A stretch of DNA of 64,000 bases, taken from Mytilus edulis (taxonomy: Eukaryota). The notes beneath the pieces are model-generated. The model saw only the letters and a list, made by a program, of their open reading frames with translations, was not told the origin of the DNA and ran no database searches. Numbering within the stretch: the first letter of the stretch is position 1; each line of letters opens with the position of its first letter. This document shows, piece by piece, positions 39,301 to 51,330 of this stretch. The position numbers and the translations under genes are program-made. The stretch lies in contig NC_092351.1 of NCBI RefSeq assembly GCF_963676685.1, forward strand, positions 42,098,001-42,162,000, given 5' to 3'.

Positions 39301-42300
39301 ATTTCATAAATCTTAAGATTGTATAAAACAGATATTTGAACTACTTCAGAATGAAAAAGAATGTGTGTATGTCAGGACAGTAAAATGTTGATTTAACAAT
39401 AATATAAACCCTTTCTAATACTAGCCTGTCACATTGAGTTAAGATTTTTTAAGTGTTAGTTCATAAAGTTACAGTCTGTAAAAAGATTATGTCAACCATT
39501 GAAGTCAGATTTATTTTTGGTTTTAATTCATAATTAAATTGGCCTGTATTTTCTTAATTCAGTTGATTTTGAGTGTTTGTTTACTTCATTAACTATATGA
39601 ATACAACCCTTTAAAACTTAACTCGCATGCAAGGATGGATTTGATCATGCTTGATGAGGAAAAGACCTCTTATAAATGTGTGAGTGGCATATTTAAAAGT
39701 GCTTTGCTTGACCAATAAACTTCCACAAGTATGCACATGTCATAAAACTATCATGGACATTTGAAATCAACATCTCAAATATCCTGTTTTTTAAAAATTC
39801 AATGACAAATATATATTCTCAAGCAGTATTTAAAAAAAAAATATGTCTATATATACCAAAAAAGAATGGGGGAAAAAACCAACAACATCAGCTAACACTG
39901 TTTATAGTAAGAAAGCATTTTGATGCAATGTTTCAGTGTTTCATCAAAAAAACTGAACAGTAATACAACTTACAGATCTACAAACTTCACAGACAATATC
40001 TTCATCATATTCTATTCCTAAACCTTCTTCTGTCTTTTTCTTCTTCTCTGCTTGTTCATAATACTAAAAATATAATTATTACATTTTTTACCAAAAAAAG
40101 TATAACGTAATATTTTAAACTTATTGTACTCATTTTAAGTGACGTTTCTATTCCTGCATCACTGTTTGTTTGGTTAAACATGAAATCAATGTTACCTTAC
40201 TGTACTTACAAATAGAAGACAAACTATATCCCAATCAAATCACAAATAAATAAGCAGATAGATACAGTTTGTACAAGCTTTGCCCTGGTATTTTTTCCTT
40301 TATTTACAATAAATAATGTTGAATTCAAATAAAACTACACTTAAAATTCTTGTGATAACCTTAAATAATTCTGAGATTTCGTATGATTAACATAATCTTG
40401 AATATATTCAACCCTTTATTTTTTGGATGTCTACCTATTTGACAATAGGACTCTTGACAAGAATTTTTTTCTTGCATGATATATTTTTCTTCATAGTAGA
40501 ATATTTTTGCAGGTATTAAAACTGGATTATTGTGAAAACTTAGATTTGGAACATTCCTGATAACAGGGCTTATAGTTTTCATAACCAAAACAAGTTCTAA
40601 TTGCTAACGCCAAAATAAATTAATAGTGTGTTTCCGGTTTCCCGACCATACCTCTGTTTTTGACGCCGACCCTAAACATTTATTGACAAAAATAAAAAAA
40701 TTATTAAAAATTCCGGATTTTTTGGTCTGTCCGGATACAACTTTTCTTTTAGAAAACTACAGATCTTCAATAGTTTGATAGCAATGACCAATATGGACAA
40801 GTAAAGCGTTTCAAGAACCAAGATTAACGAAAAAAATACAAAGTTGGCGCATATTGCTCAAACTCTATGCACAGGTACAAGACAAGATTTTTTTAAATAA
40901 TTGTATATAAAGTGAATAATCACTGTGCTTAAACGGCCGTGGGTAACTTAAGTTACCCACAGCCCAAGATGGCGGACTCTAAACTCGTTGAGATGATAGT
41001 TGATACGAAATCTACTTTTTGCAACGTTTTCCATGATCTATGTAAATATTGATAGGATTTTAGAATAAAGAAATCACTTACCATCACTACAAATTTGTTA
41101 ATTTTGACTTCACTTTAGCGCAAGACCAACTTTTAAAAAATGCACAAGATGTCTGTAACTTATAAGTCAAAAATAATCAGACTGTCCGTAACTTTATTTT
41201 CGGATGTTGGTAACTTTTTTTTTAAATTGAAAGATTAACAATTTCAACACTTAAAGGACAATAAACACTAGCAAACCCCTTAATTATTACATAGATTTAT
41301 ACAATAACGATATGCTTCAAACTAAACAAGAGAAAAAAGCAAACCAGAGTGTCACGGATTTTCCGTTAAATTTAAAAAAAAATATTCTCGGGATAAAACG
41401 GGATCTGACGGTACGGCAAAATGTATCTTACACTCTTCTAGCTTTTTAGATTGTTCACTGATGAGTCCTTGGCCTGTGTAGCTGCGGAAAAAAATGATAT
41501 CCTTTCCTTTAAATAATTTCTGAATTGTTAGCCAAAACAATATGGTCTCTTCACTATATCTAGTGTGATGTGTTGTTGATTGTGAAAAAAAAATGCCAAT
41601 ATCTAGGAGTAGATGGAAGGCTATATTCACTATTGTTAAACAGGTGTCAGTTTATTATAGCAATAAAGGTAAATTTAAAATCTTCTAAAAGTTTCATTGA
41701 CATCAGTGGTTCAATAAGATCGGGTATCAAATCATACATATCTTCTTTAGAGGTTTGGACTGATTCATCTATGTATTTCTGCTAAGGATTGACCTCCGAA
41801 CTTGTTCTCCTAAGGTGATTTTCATATGTTCACTATCAATGTAATTTCTACAGTTGGAAATGGTGAGATTTATAACCTGCATGTCATGATTTATCATCTA
41901 AAACTTAAGTAGTTAACAATCTATAAAGCCAGTAGAATGTAAGATACATTAATTTTGCCGTACAATTTTCTACATAAGAAAATGCCTGTACCAAGTCAGG
42001 AAAATGGCAGTTGTTATCGATTCGGTTGAGCTTTGGACTTTTCCATTTGATAAGGGACTTTCCTTTTTATACGACCGCAAAAATTTTAATTTTTTGGTCG
42101 TATATTTATATCACGTTGGCGTCGTCGTCGTCCGAATACTTTTAGTTTTCGCACTCTAACTTTAGTAAAAGTGAATAGAAATCAATGAAATTTTAACACA
42201 AGGTTTATGACCACAAAAGGAAGGTTGGGATTGATTTTGGGAGTTTTGGTCCCAATATTTTAGGAATTAGGGGCCAAAAAGGGCCCAAATAAGCATTTTC

Positions 42301-45300
42301 TTGGTTTTCGCACTATAACTTTAGTTTAAGTGAATAGAAATCTATGAAATTTTGACACAAGGTTTATGACCACAAAAGGAAGGTTGGGATTGATTTTGAG
42401 AGTTTTGGTTCCAACAGTTGAGGAATTAAGGGCCAAAAAAGGGCCTAAATAAGCATTATTTTTGGTTTTCGCACAATAACTTTAGTATAAGTAAATAGAA
42501 ATCAATGAAATTTTAACACAAGGTTTATGACCACAAAAGGAAGGTTGGGATTGATTTTTGGAGTTGAGGTCACATTAGTTTATGAATTAGGGGCCAAAAA
42601 GGGGCCCAAATAAGCATTATTTTTTGTTTTTTGCACCATAACTTTAGTATAAGTAAATAGAAATCTATGAAATTTAAACACAAGGTTTATGACCATAAAA
42701 GGAAGGTTGGGTTTGATTTTGGGAGTTTTGGTCCTAACAGTTTAGGAATAAGGGGCCCAAAGGGTCCAAAATTGAACTTTGTGTGATTTCATCAAAAATT
42801 GAATAATTGGGGTTCTTTGATATGCTGAATCTAACTATGTATGTAGATTCTTAATTTTTGGTCCCGTTTTCAAATTGGTCTACATTAAGGTCCAAAGGGC
42901 CCAAAATTAAACTTAGTTTGGTTTTAACAAAAATTGAATCCTTGGGGTTCTTTGATATGCTGAATTTAAAAATGTACTTAGATTTTTAATTATTGGCCTA
43001 GTTTTCAAGTTGGTCCAAATGGGGGTCCAAAATTAAACTTTGTTTGATTTCATCAAAAATTGAATAAATGGGTTCTTTGATATGCCAAATCTAACTGTGC
43101 ATGTAGATTCTTATTTTTTGGTCCAGTTTTCAAATTGGTCTACATTAAGGTCCAAAGGGTCCAAAATTTTTGATTTTAACAAAAATTAAATTCTCGGGCT
43201 TATTTGATATGCTTTATCTAAATATGTACTTTGATTTTTGATTATGGGCCCAGTTTTCAAGTTGGTCAAAATCAGGATTCCATATCAAGTATTGTGCAAT
43301 AGCAAGAGATTTCCAATTGCACAGTATTGCACAATAGCTAGAAATATCTAATTGCACAATATTGTGCAATAGCAATTAATTTTCAATTGGAGTTATCTTT
43401 CTTTGTATAGAATAGTAGTTGATAATATATGTTGGAAATTTGCCAGACATGACTATGATGTCATTTTCTATTTTTATTTGCCAATAACTTTATGTAAATA
43501 ACGTTAACTTCATTGGAAATTTGCCAATATAAAATGTTGCTGATGAAGCTTATTTTCCTTATCTTATCTAAAATGTTTTTAGATAATGTATGTTGGACAT
43601 TTGCCAGACATGACTATGATGTCATTTTCTATTTTTATTTGCCAATAACTTTATGTAAATAACTTCATTGGAAATTTGCCAATATAAAATGTTGCTGATG
43701 AAGTTTTTTTTTATTGTTTTATACAATAAACAATGTATATTCACTTTTACTACCAACCAATCTTTACCATTCAGTGATAACCATCACTTTATTTTACATT
43801 TTAATATTTTATGATGTATTTAAAAGAGATGTTATTGTTGCAAACTCTATTAGAAATTTGAATTGATATCAGTTTTGGAAAAAGGCAAAAAAAAAACTTT
43901 TAAGTTCATTAGACCACATTCATTCTGTGTCAGAAACCTATGCTGTGTCAACTATTTAATTTTAGATTTAAAAAGTTTGAAGAAGAAATCTTTAATCGAT
44001 TTGTAAAATCTTGACATTTGTTTTGTGTAAAAAAAAAACCATGTAATGTCAAAAATTTGATCACAATCCAAATTCAGAGCTGTATCACGCTTGAATGTTT
44101 TGTCCATACTTGCCCCAACTGTTCAGGGTTCGACCTCTGCGGTCGTATAAAGCTGCGCCCTGCGGAGCACCTGGTTGAATTTTCTTCAGAGTTCAGTATG
44201 TTTGTAATTTTACTTTTTAATGCCTGTACCAAGGCAGGAATATGACCGTTGTTTTCCATTCGTTTGGTGTGTTAAATTGAGCTTTTGGCTTTGCCATTCC
44301 ATTAAGGACTTCCCGTTTGAATATTCCTAGGAGTTCGGTATTTTTGTTATTTATCATTACTTTTTTAAAATAATAACATCCATGAATAAAGATTTTTTAA
44401 AAGTTACTGACATCATGCTGAAGTTACGGACATCCCTATTGGTATAAGGAAAAAAGTTACGGACAAGTTGTTTTGAAGTTACGGACATCATGAGTGTTTT
44501 GGCAAATCGTGCTGTAATCGTTTATTTTGTAGTAACAAACCACGTTTTACATTGCAGAGTTTCCCTAAAAGATTTATATAACTTTTTAATTACTGAACAT
44601 TTCTTTTGTATTCATGGTATTGTAATTATATAGGAGCAAACTTCCTAACCGAAGCCAGGCGGCTCCATCTTGGGCTGTGGGTAACTTAAGTTACCCACGG
44701 CCGTTTAAGCACAGTGATAATGTGTTCAGTATATACATATATTAACAAAATCTCGTTTTGAACTGGTGCTTCTTTGGACCAACAGTCAGAATCGTTTCAG
44801 GATGGACAGACTGTATATTATTCTGCCGGTTATTAACTTGACAAATAATTTTTAAAGTGTAAAATGAGATCAATTTACTGCTCAAGTCAATCCAGCTTTT
44901 GTTGTAAAAAATGTTCTCACAAATGTTGTAAAAAATTGTTCTCAGCATGCAACATAAACGGCTGTTAATGCTTTTGAGCATTTGACTGTTAGAGTTAATG
45001 ACGGCAAGGGGGTAGACAATGTGTAATGAGAAATAGAAAGCTTTTCCCAGTAGGCAGACATGATGTATGATTCATGTTCATTTATAAATGAATCTGAACC
45101 GGCACCACGTCTACTTTTATTCTTTAATATTTCTCTGGCTGGTCCCACAACAGTTTATACTAGAGAAGGAAAAAAATTCATGTCCTATTAATCTACAATT
45201 TTTTCCATAAATTTAATAAGGCAAATATTTCGCATTCCCACTCTTCTCAAAACCTGGAATTTTAATATTGTCAGAACCCCACTCTGCCAGATTAAATTCT

Positions 45301-47916
45301 GTTAAACATCAAAACACATCTATATAAAGAGGTTGCAAGAGTATTACCCATGTAAAAATCATATTAAACCACTGCTTAGCATCAATTTGCAGTGTTTTTA
45401 CTACTTAAAAAGAGGGGTAGGAATCTGTTCCCACGTGTATACCCTGTGTGACTGTGTGTCACTTACATTGTTAGGTTCAACGAGGCCAAACATAATAATA
45501 CCATGCGAGATTTTTCACTGCCATTTTTGCTTTAAGATAATTAATCAGCAAGAACATATTCCTATAAAGACCCACGAAATGCATAAAATTTGCATTAAAT
45601 TTTATTTTCATATTTCTTACACAGAACTAAAACAGAAAATTAAAAAAGCTGTAGATTTAAGTACTATTCTAAATATCAAAGAAACATGTAGGCACATTCA
45701 GTTATTATAATTGGAACCTTTTTCTGCGGTCATCGATAGAAAAAAATAAAAAGTTTTCATAAAATAAAATGTTTTACCTACCTACCCTACCTAATTTTTT
45801 TCAGGATGAAATAGAATACACACTATTTATTTATTTTGGCCTAAAAGACATATGTGTAATTATTTTTCAATGTTAGATACCTGGTTTTCTAATCCTTCTA
45901 TAACTCTTTCCATTATCCATTCATGAATATTTATTAATCCTGCAAATAATATAATCACATTTAATTATAACATAAGACAATATATATTATGATATACACA
46001 AAATTATTTTAACTATACAACAAGAAAATATAAACAGGAATAGAAACTATAAATTAATCATATAATTACTGGTAAAAAACTTCCAGATTTAATATGCATT
46101 TGGCATCTATAGATTGGGAAAGATTGCATATTATATAAACAAGAGGCTCTCAAGAGCCTGAATCGCTCACCTGGTAAACAATGCCTTATTTACCCCTTAA
46201 GGGGTCAATTGACAATTTTGGTCATATTAACCTATTTGTAGATCTTACTTTGCTGATCATTTTTGCTGTTTACAGTTTATCTTTATCTATAATGATATTC
46301 AAGATAATGACCAAAAACTGCAAAATTTCCTTAAAATTACCAATTAAGTGGCAGCAACCCAACAATGGTTTGTTTGATTCGTCTGAAAATTTCAGGGCTG
46401 ATAGATCTTGACCTAATGAACATTTTTACCCCTGTCAGATTTGCTCTAAATGCTATCGTTTTTGAGATATAAGCCAAAAACTGCATTTGACCCCTATGTT
46501 CTATTTAAAGTAAGGGCGGCCATGTTTTTTGACGGATCAAAAATCGAAGCACACACTTTGTGCAGGATAATCTAAGGAACTATCATGCTAAGTTTCATCC
46601 AAATCCATTCAGTAGTTTCAGAGGAGAAGATTTTTTAAAATTAGCAAATATGATGAACAAATTGTGAAAAATTGTCATTAAAGGACATTTACCCCTTAAG
46701 GGGTCAATTGACAATTTTGGTCATATTAACCTATTTGTAGATCTTACTTTGCTGATCATTTTTGCTGTTTACAGTTTATCTTCATCTATAATAATATTCA
46801 AGATAATGACCAAAAACTGCAAAATTTCCTTAAAATATCCAATTAAGTGGCAGCAACCCAACAATGGTTTGTTTGATTCATCTGAAAATTTCTGGGCTGA
46901 TAGATCTTGACCTAATGAACATTTTTACCCCATGTCAGATTTGCTCTAAATGTTTCCGTTTTTGAGATATNNNNNNNNNNNNNNNNNNNNNNNNNNNNNN
47001 NNNNNNNNNNNNNNNNNNNNNNNNNNNNNNNNNNNNNNNNNNNNNNNNNNNNNNNNNNNNNNNNNNNNNNTAATGGGTTCTGAATTTGACAACTGTCCAT
47101 GAAAAATAAGCTCCACATCATTTGATTTTTACCCCCATAACAATTACCAAAAATACACAAAATCTACATGGGGACCTTCATGACAGCTTTTGGTCATTCT
47201 CGACTAAAGGGGGACCATGAAGACTTGGCATTTGAATGGTTAAAAACGGCAATAAATGAAAATATTGATACTTCTAATTCTATAATGAAAATTCAAATAA
47301 ATATAATTTAAATAAGCAATGATTTAGCATGTTCACCATTCCTTGTATAGAGGGACAAAATACTTCCGATCGCGCTACACTGTACAGTGTAGACACGGTT
47401 TGTAATGTGTAAGTTCCTCCATCGTTCAATTTTCATCCATGGAGATCCCTGTATTATATACATTTACTTATTCAATTGACTAACTTTTGATATAAATGCT
47501 TTTTCTGTTTTAAATATATACATTCTTATTCTTTATCATGTATATTAATTCTGTGCATTATAATTGCATATCATGATTTATAGATATAGAAAGATGTGGT
47601 ATGAGTGCAATGACTGATTGATTCAGGTCACTAAAGTTCACTCAGTCTAAAATAAGAGTTACGCGCCCTTGAAATTTTGTGCCTTAAAAAATTCCTGTGG
47701 AGAACACTGTTAAGTAACAGTATATGTATTGCCTTCGGCAATAAGAGAAATCCTAGTACCCATAATAAGCTATATAAAGCCAAACATAATTGTGCCATTG
47801 AATTCCTACTAAATATAAGAACTGTAGCTTTCACAAACAAACCTATGACACAAATTACAATTATTAGACTTACCAGACATGTCTTCCCGAACTCTCTTGC
47901 TTTTATTTGGTGGCAT
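33306..47916 (-). CDS. JADE: JADE family (PHF15/16/17, rhinoceros-like) PHD-Zn knuckle-PHD scaffold of the HBO1 acetyltransferase complex; 11 coding exons visible
   Basis: GT-AG exons, all phase-compatible: 47874-47916, 45881-45939, 39974-40063, 39161-39223, 38647-38765, 38194-38299, 37543-37719, 36972-37108, 36458-36578, 35734-35859, 33306-34853 (862 aa as assembled). JADE-diagnostic peptides are [115 protein letters not shown] and [24 protein letters not shown]. The protein has a long S/R-rich tail and no bromodomain or PWWP, which argues against BRPF. Confidence 0.93.
40921..44716. mobile_element. DNA transposon with perfect 52-bp TIRs starting CACTGTG and a 5-bp TSD (Transib/CMC-like), containing a coding relic
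   Basis: ataat|cactgtgcttaaacggccgtgggtaacttaagttacccacagcccaagatgg ... exact inverse ending cacagtg|ataat. Subterminal tgtccgtaactt / aagttacggaca repeats are present, plus a protein-like minus-strand fragment at 41352-41850. Confidence 0.85.
42064..44176 (+). mobile_element. Helentron/HINE-like element with composite satellite arrays (4 x ~160 bp, ~125/250-bp units, 2 x ~170 bp)
   Basis: 5' subTIR tttatacgaccgca, a (gtc)n microsatellite, and 3' subTIR tgcggtcgtataaa followed by a GC-rich stem-loop and ctggtt. It is inserted in a T-run of a tgcctgtaccaagtcagg repeat. The 160-bp units start at ~42151, 42310, 42471 and 42633. Confidence 0.85.
46138..46970 (-). mobile_element. HINE-like element with ~500-bp tandem unit running into an assembly gap
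   Basis: Terminus aacaagaggctctcaagagcctgaatcgctcacct (stem-loop plus subTIR). The stretch atttaccccttaaggggtcaattgac is repeated at ~46188 and ~46687 with near identity up to the N-run. Confidence 0.75.
46971..47070. other. Assembly gap (100 N, probably an unsized placeholder)
   Basis: Run of exactly 100 n. Confidence 1.
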
Positions 47917-49206
47917 CTTTCTGCAATTTTATCCTTTCCTTATTGAATATTTCTGAAAAAAATATTAATGGACATTTCGAAATTTTTGTTAACCTTATTA
48001 TCATCTCTTCCACAATATTAAACTATAGATACATGATTCATCATTATATGTATCTTTCAACTCACAACAGGCATAAATAGATAGAATACATTAATAATAT
48101 AGTTTTGGCAACAAAATAAAAATATAAATGAATCTGGGTCCCAAATTAGGAGCCTCTGGCCTTTGAATTCTTTAATTTCAGTTCATTAATGTGTAAAAAA
48201 AAAATAAGTGACTCCCGTACACAGAGGTTGTCCTCAGCTGGCCTCTAAATTAAATTGTATACTAGAATCCAACAAGGAAAATTTAACAAGAATCCAATGA
48301 GGAAAATTTGACGAATCACAGTAAAATTTCAACCAATTTGACACTAAATGTAGCTGAAAATAACTGTTGAACACCTGACGGTAAAGGGCATTACCACCCT
48401 CATCAACTGTTTTATCAAATATTGCCATGCATTTTCATAAGTTTCAAGAATATATACCATGTAAATATCTGAATAAGTTGATTAAAATTAAATGCCCCAA
48501 TTATTTAATATCAAAAAAAAAAATTAAGTAGGGCAAACAGACTCTATGGGCGAACATGTAACCAGGGCAAACTAACACAATAAGCCATACCATTGATATC
48601 TATGCAACAAAATTGATGTAAATTAGTCCACCCTGAAATTATCTGGGTTGTAATTCTTAAGGTTCATCATAACCTTTTGGCTAAAATGGCCGTATTTACA
48701 CCCCAAATTTTACTCTGAGTACAGACTAACCTATACACCTGCAACAGTTTTAAGGGATGGCAGGAACTAGATATATAAATTTTAAATGCATTTTATGTTT
48801 CAGAAAATTATTTATACTTTTCTAGATTTTGCTATCCATTTTTTTTCGTTCCTGCAGAAGGTGCAAAAATTAACTAAGTAGTGAAAACGATTGAGAAGCT
48901 CCCCTCATATAATCAATGTTGTGAGTAGTATTGATTTAAATGGACAATAGATGGACAATAGACACCTGTAAACAATAGGTTATTTAACAGGTTTAAACTG
49001 TGTAACTGAGTGGACCGTATCAAATGAAACTCGGGTGTTTGTTTATTTTGCTATTTTCTGCAGACTAGAAAAAAATGAACATCAAAATCCAGGTAAGTTT
49101 TTAATTTTCTGAAACGTAGGCTTCATATAACTTTTATATATCTAGTTCCTGCCATGCCTTAAAACTTTCCTGGATGTACCAGTTTGTCTGTACTCATAGT
49201 AATTTT

Positions 49207-50770
49207 TAGCTGCGGAACCGTAGCTCTTAGGTCCTTATGTTATTTTTTGACTATTTGCGGACCATAGAGCTACAGATTTTTCCTATTTCAAAACGTTCGG
49301 AATTGCGACCCAGGTTCAGGTCGCACTTATTTCTCAAAAAAATATTGTTTATAATCCATGCAAAACTTGTCAATATATATAGTTTGTTTCGTTAGATATT
49401 TTTCTAGGATATGACATACCTATTTATGTTTGAATATTCATTTCCTTAACACTATTATCTAATTATATCCATTTGTATACATTCTCCGCCTATTTTATTC
49501 GGCCATATTGAATCTCGTAGTGATATCACGAGAATCAAGAAAAGATAACTCGTATAGGAAAACACGTGTTGGTTTGTTTACGTTGTCTTTTATTTTATTT
49601 TCATGACTTTTTGAATGAAAGTACGTTTAATTAAGGTTAAATACTAATGGAAATAATAATTCTTTCAAGCTATATAAATATGTCGAATGATTTAATGTTG
49701 TAAAGTCTTGAAAACCCTCGATTCTCGCTTAGAAATAAGTAAACAAACCAACACGTGTTTTTCTAAAAGAGTTATCTGTTCTTGTTTTTCATAGGCGTTC
49801 CTCACCTCCAACATAGGAGATCGAGGATATTTGAGTTATCTTTCCTTGATTCTTGTGACGTCACTACGAGATTCAATATGGCCGAATAAAATAGGCGGAG
49901 AATGTATACAAATGGATATAATTAGATAATAGTGTTAAGGTTCATCATAACAAACGAACAAATATGGCTGTATTTACATGCCAAAAATTACTCTGAGTAC
50001 AGACTTACCTGTGAAGTTAGAAAAGTTTTAATGCCTAGCATCCACTAGATATAATAAAGTTAAATGCATTTTGTGTTTCAGAAAGATAAAATCTCCTTTG
50101 GATTTTGATGGGCATTTTTTTTCCTTCATGCAAAAGGTGTGAAAATTAACTAAGTTGTGGTACAACTATGAGATGCTCCCTCAGGTAAAAAACCGGTTTG
50201 TATTGTTTTGATTGTCCTTAATTGACATGGACAACAGGTATCTTCGCAACTATAGGTGAGTTAAATAGTTTATCTGAGTCAGTGAGTGGACAGTGTCAAA
50301 GTAATTCAGGTGTTTGTTTATTTTTACACCTTCTGCAGAAAGGAAAAAAAATGCCCATCAAAAACCAACAAAGATTTTATCTTACTTAAACACAAAATGC
50401 ATTTAACTTTTATATATCTAGTGGATGCTAGGCCTTAAAACTTTCCAAACATCAGAGGTAAGTCTGTACACAGAGTAATTTTTGAGGTGAAAATACGGCC
50501 ATATTTGTCCATTTGTTATGATGAACCTTAAGGAAATGAATATTCAAACATAAATAGGTACGTCATATCCTAGAAAAATATCTAACGAAACGAACTATAT
50601 ATATTGACAAGTTTTGCATGGATTATAAACAATATTTTTTTGAGAAATAAGTGCGACCTGAACCTGGGTCGCAATTCCGAACGTTTTGAAATAGGAAAAA
50701 TCCGTAGCTCTATGGTCCGCAAATAGTCAAAAAATAACATAAGGACCTAAGAGCTACGGTTCCGCAGCTA
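49207..50770. mobile_element. Mutator/MULE-like foldback MITE with ~340-bp near-perfect TIRs and 9-bp TSD
   Basis: agtaatttt|tagctgcggaaccgtagctcttagg ... cctaagagctacggttccgcagcta|agtaatttt. Confidence 0.9.
49939..50527. mobile_element. Second Kolobok-like MITE (same family as 48661) inserted into the right TIR of the MULE-like element
   Basis: gtgttaa|ggttcatcataac ... gttatgatgaacc|ttaaggaaatg, 589 bp. The empty site is visible in the left TIR (catttccttaacac). Confidence 0.9.
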
Positions 50771-51242
50771 AGTAATTTTGGAGGTGTAAACACGGCCATA
50801 TTTTTCAATTCCTTATGATGAACCTTAATGTTTCTACATACCTTATCCCTAGTTTTACAGTTCACTTCTTCAAACAATTATATCAAGGTGAAGGACAATA
50901 AGAGCTATGTCTTATGATTTAGAGATAATTTTGGGAATAGCTGAACATCAGTGTCATCACTCATGTAAACAGAACCAATCAGACATAATTGGGAACTTAG
51001 TATAGTGAAAAAGATTTGTCTCTAGAACAAAAACAATCTGTACTCACAGGGAGCGTCTTCAAAACTGACCAGAAGGTCACGTAAGAACCCACAGGTGTAT
51101 TGAGACGATATAAACAATATAGATTTATGAAATTTTTAAGAGCCCAATTTTGAGACGCAGAACACGAAGAACGGTGCAGTTTTCATACTCATTGAAGAAT
51201 ACTAAATGTATAAAACAACTTTTTTAGTTGTGACAGGTATAC

Positions 51243-51330
51243 CTGATTCCCAATTTTATCTATAAAATAGCATTTTTTGGTTGAATTTCACAATTTCAGC
51301 AAAAATTGGCGCCATCATGGCGATTTGGAT
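51243..51330 (-). promoter_or_regulatory. Candidate non-coding first exon / promoter of JADE
   Basis: A locally CpG-richer patch with ATGGCG (YY1-like) motifs on both strands at ~51309-51322 and a minus-strand donor cag|gtatac at 51243. The ATG exon (acceptor at 47952) requires an upstream exon. Confidence 0.35.

Larger units (their letters stand above)
40608..45841. mobile_element. PIF/Harbinger-like non-autonomous element (~1.4 kb without nested insertions), TAA TSD
   Basis: taa|cgccaaaataaattaatagtgtgtttc ... gaatacacactatttatttattttggcc|taa. Confidence 0.7.
48661..50824. mobile_element. TTAA-specific (Kolobok-like) MITE of ~590 bp, host of nested insertions
   Basis: ttaa|ggttcatcataa ... 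ttatgatgaacc|ttaa; removing the nested element leaves 591 bp. Confidence 0.9.

Noticed and set aside
41457-41470. CTGATGAG hammerhead-like cores here and at ~21188
   Set aside because: Neither has a correctly placed stem II, GAAA and GUH, so they are chance matches.
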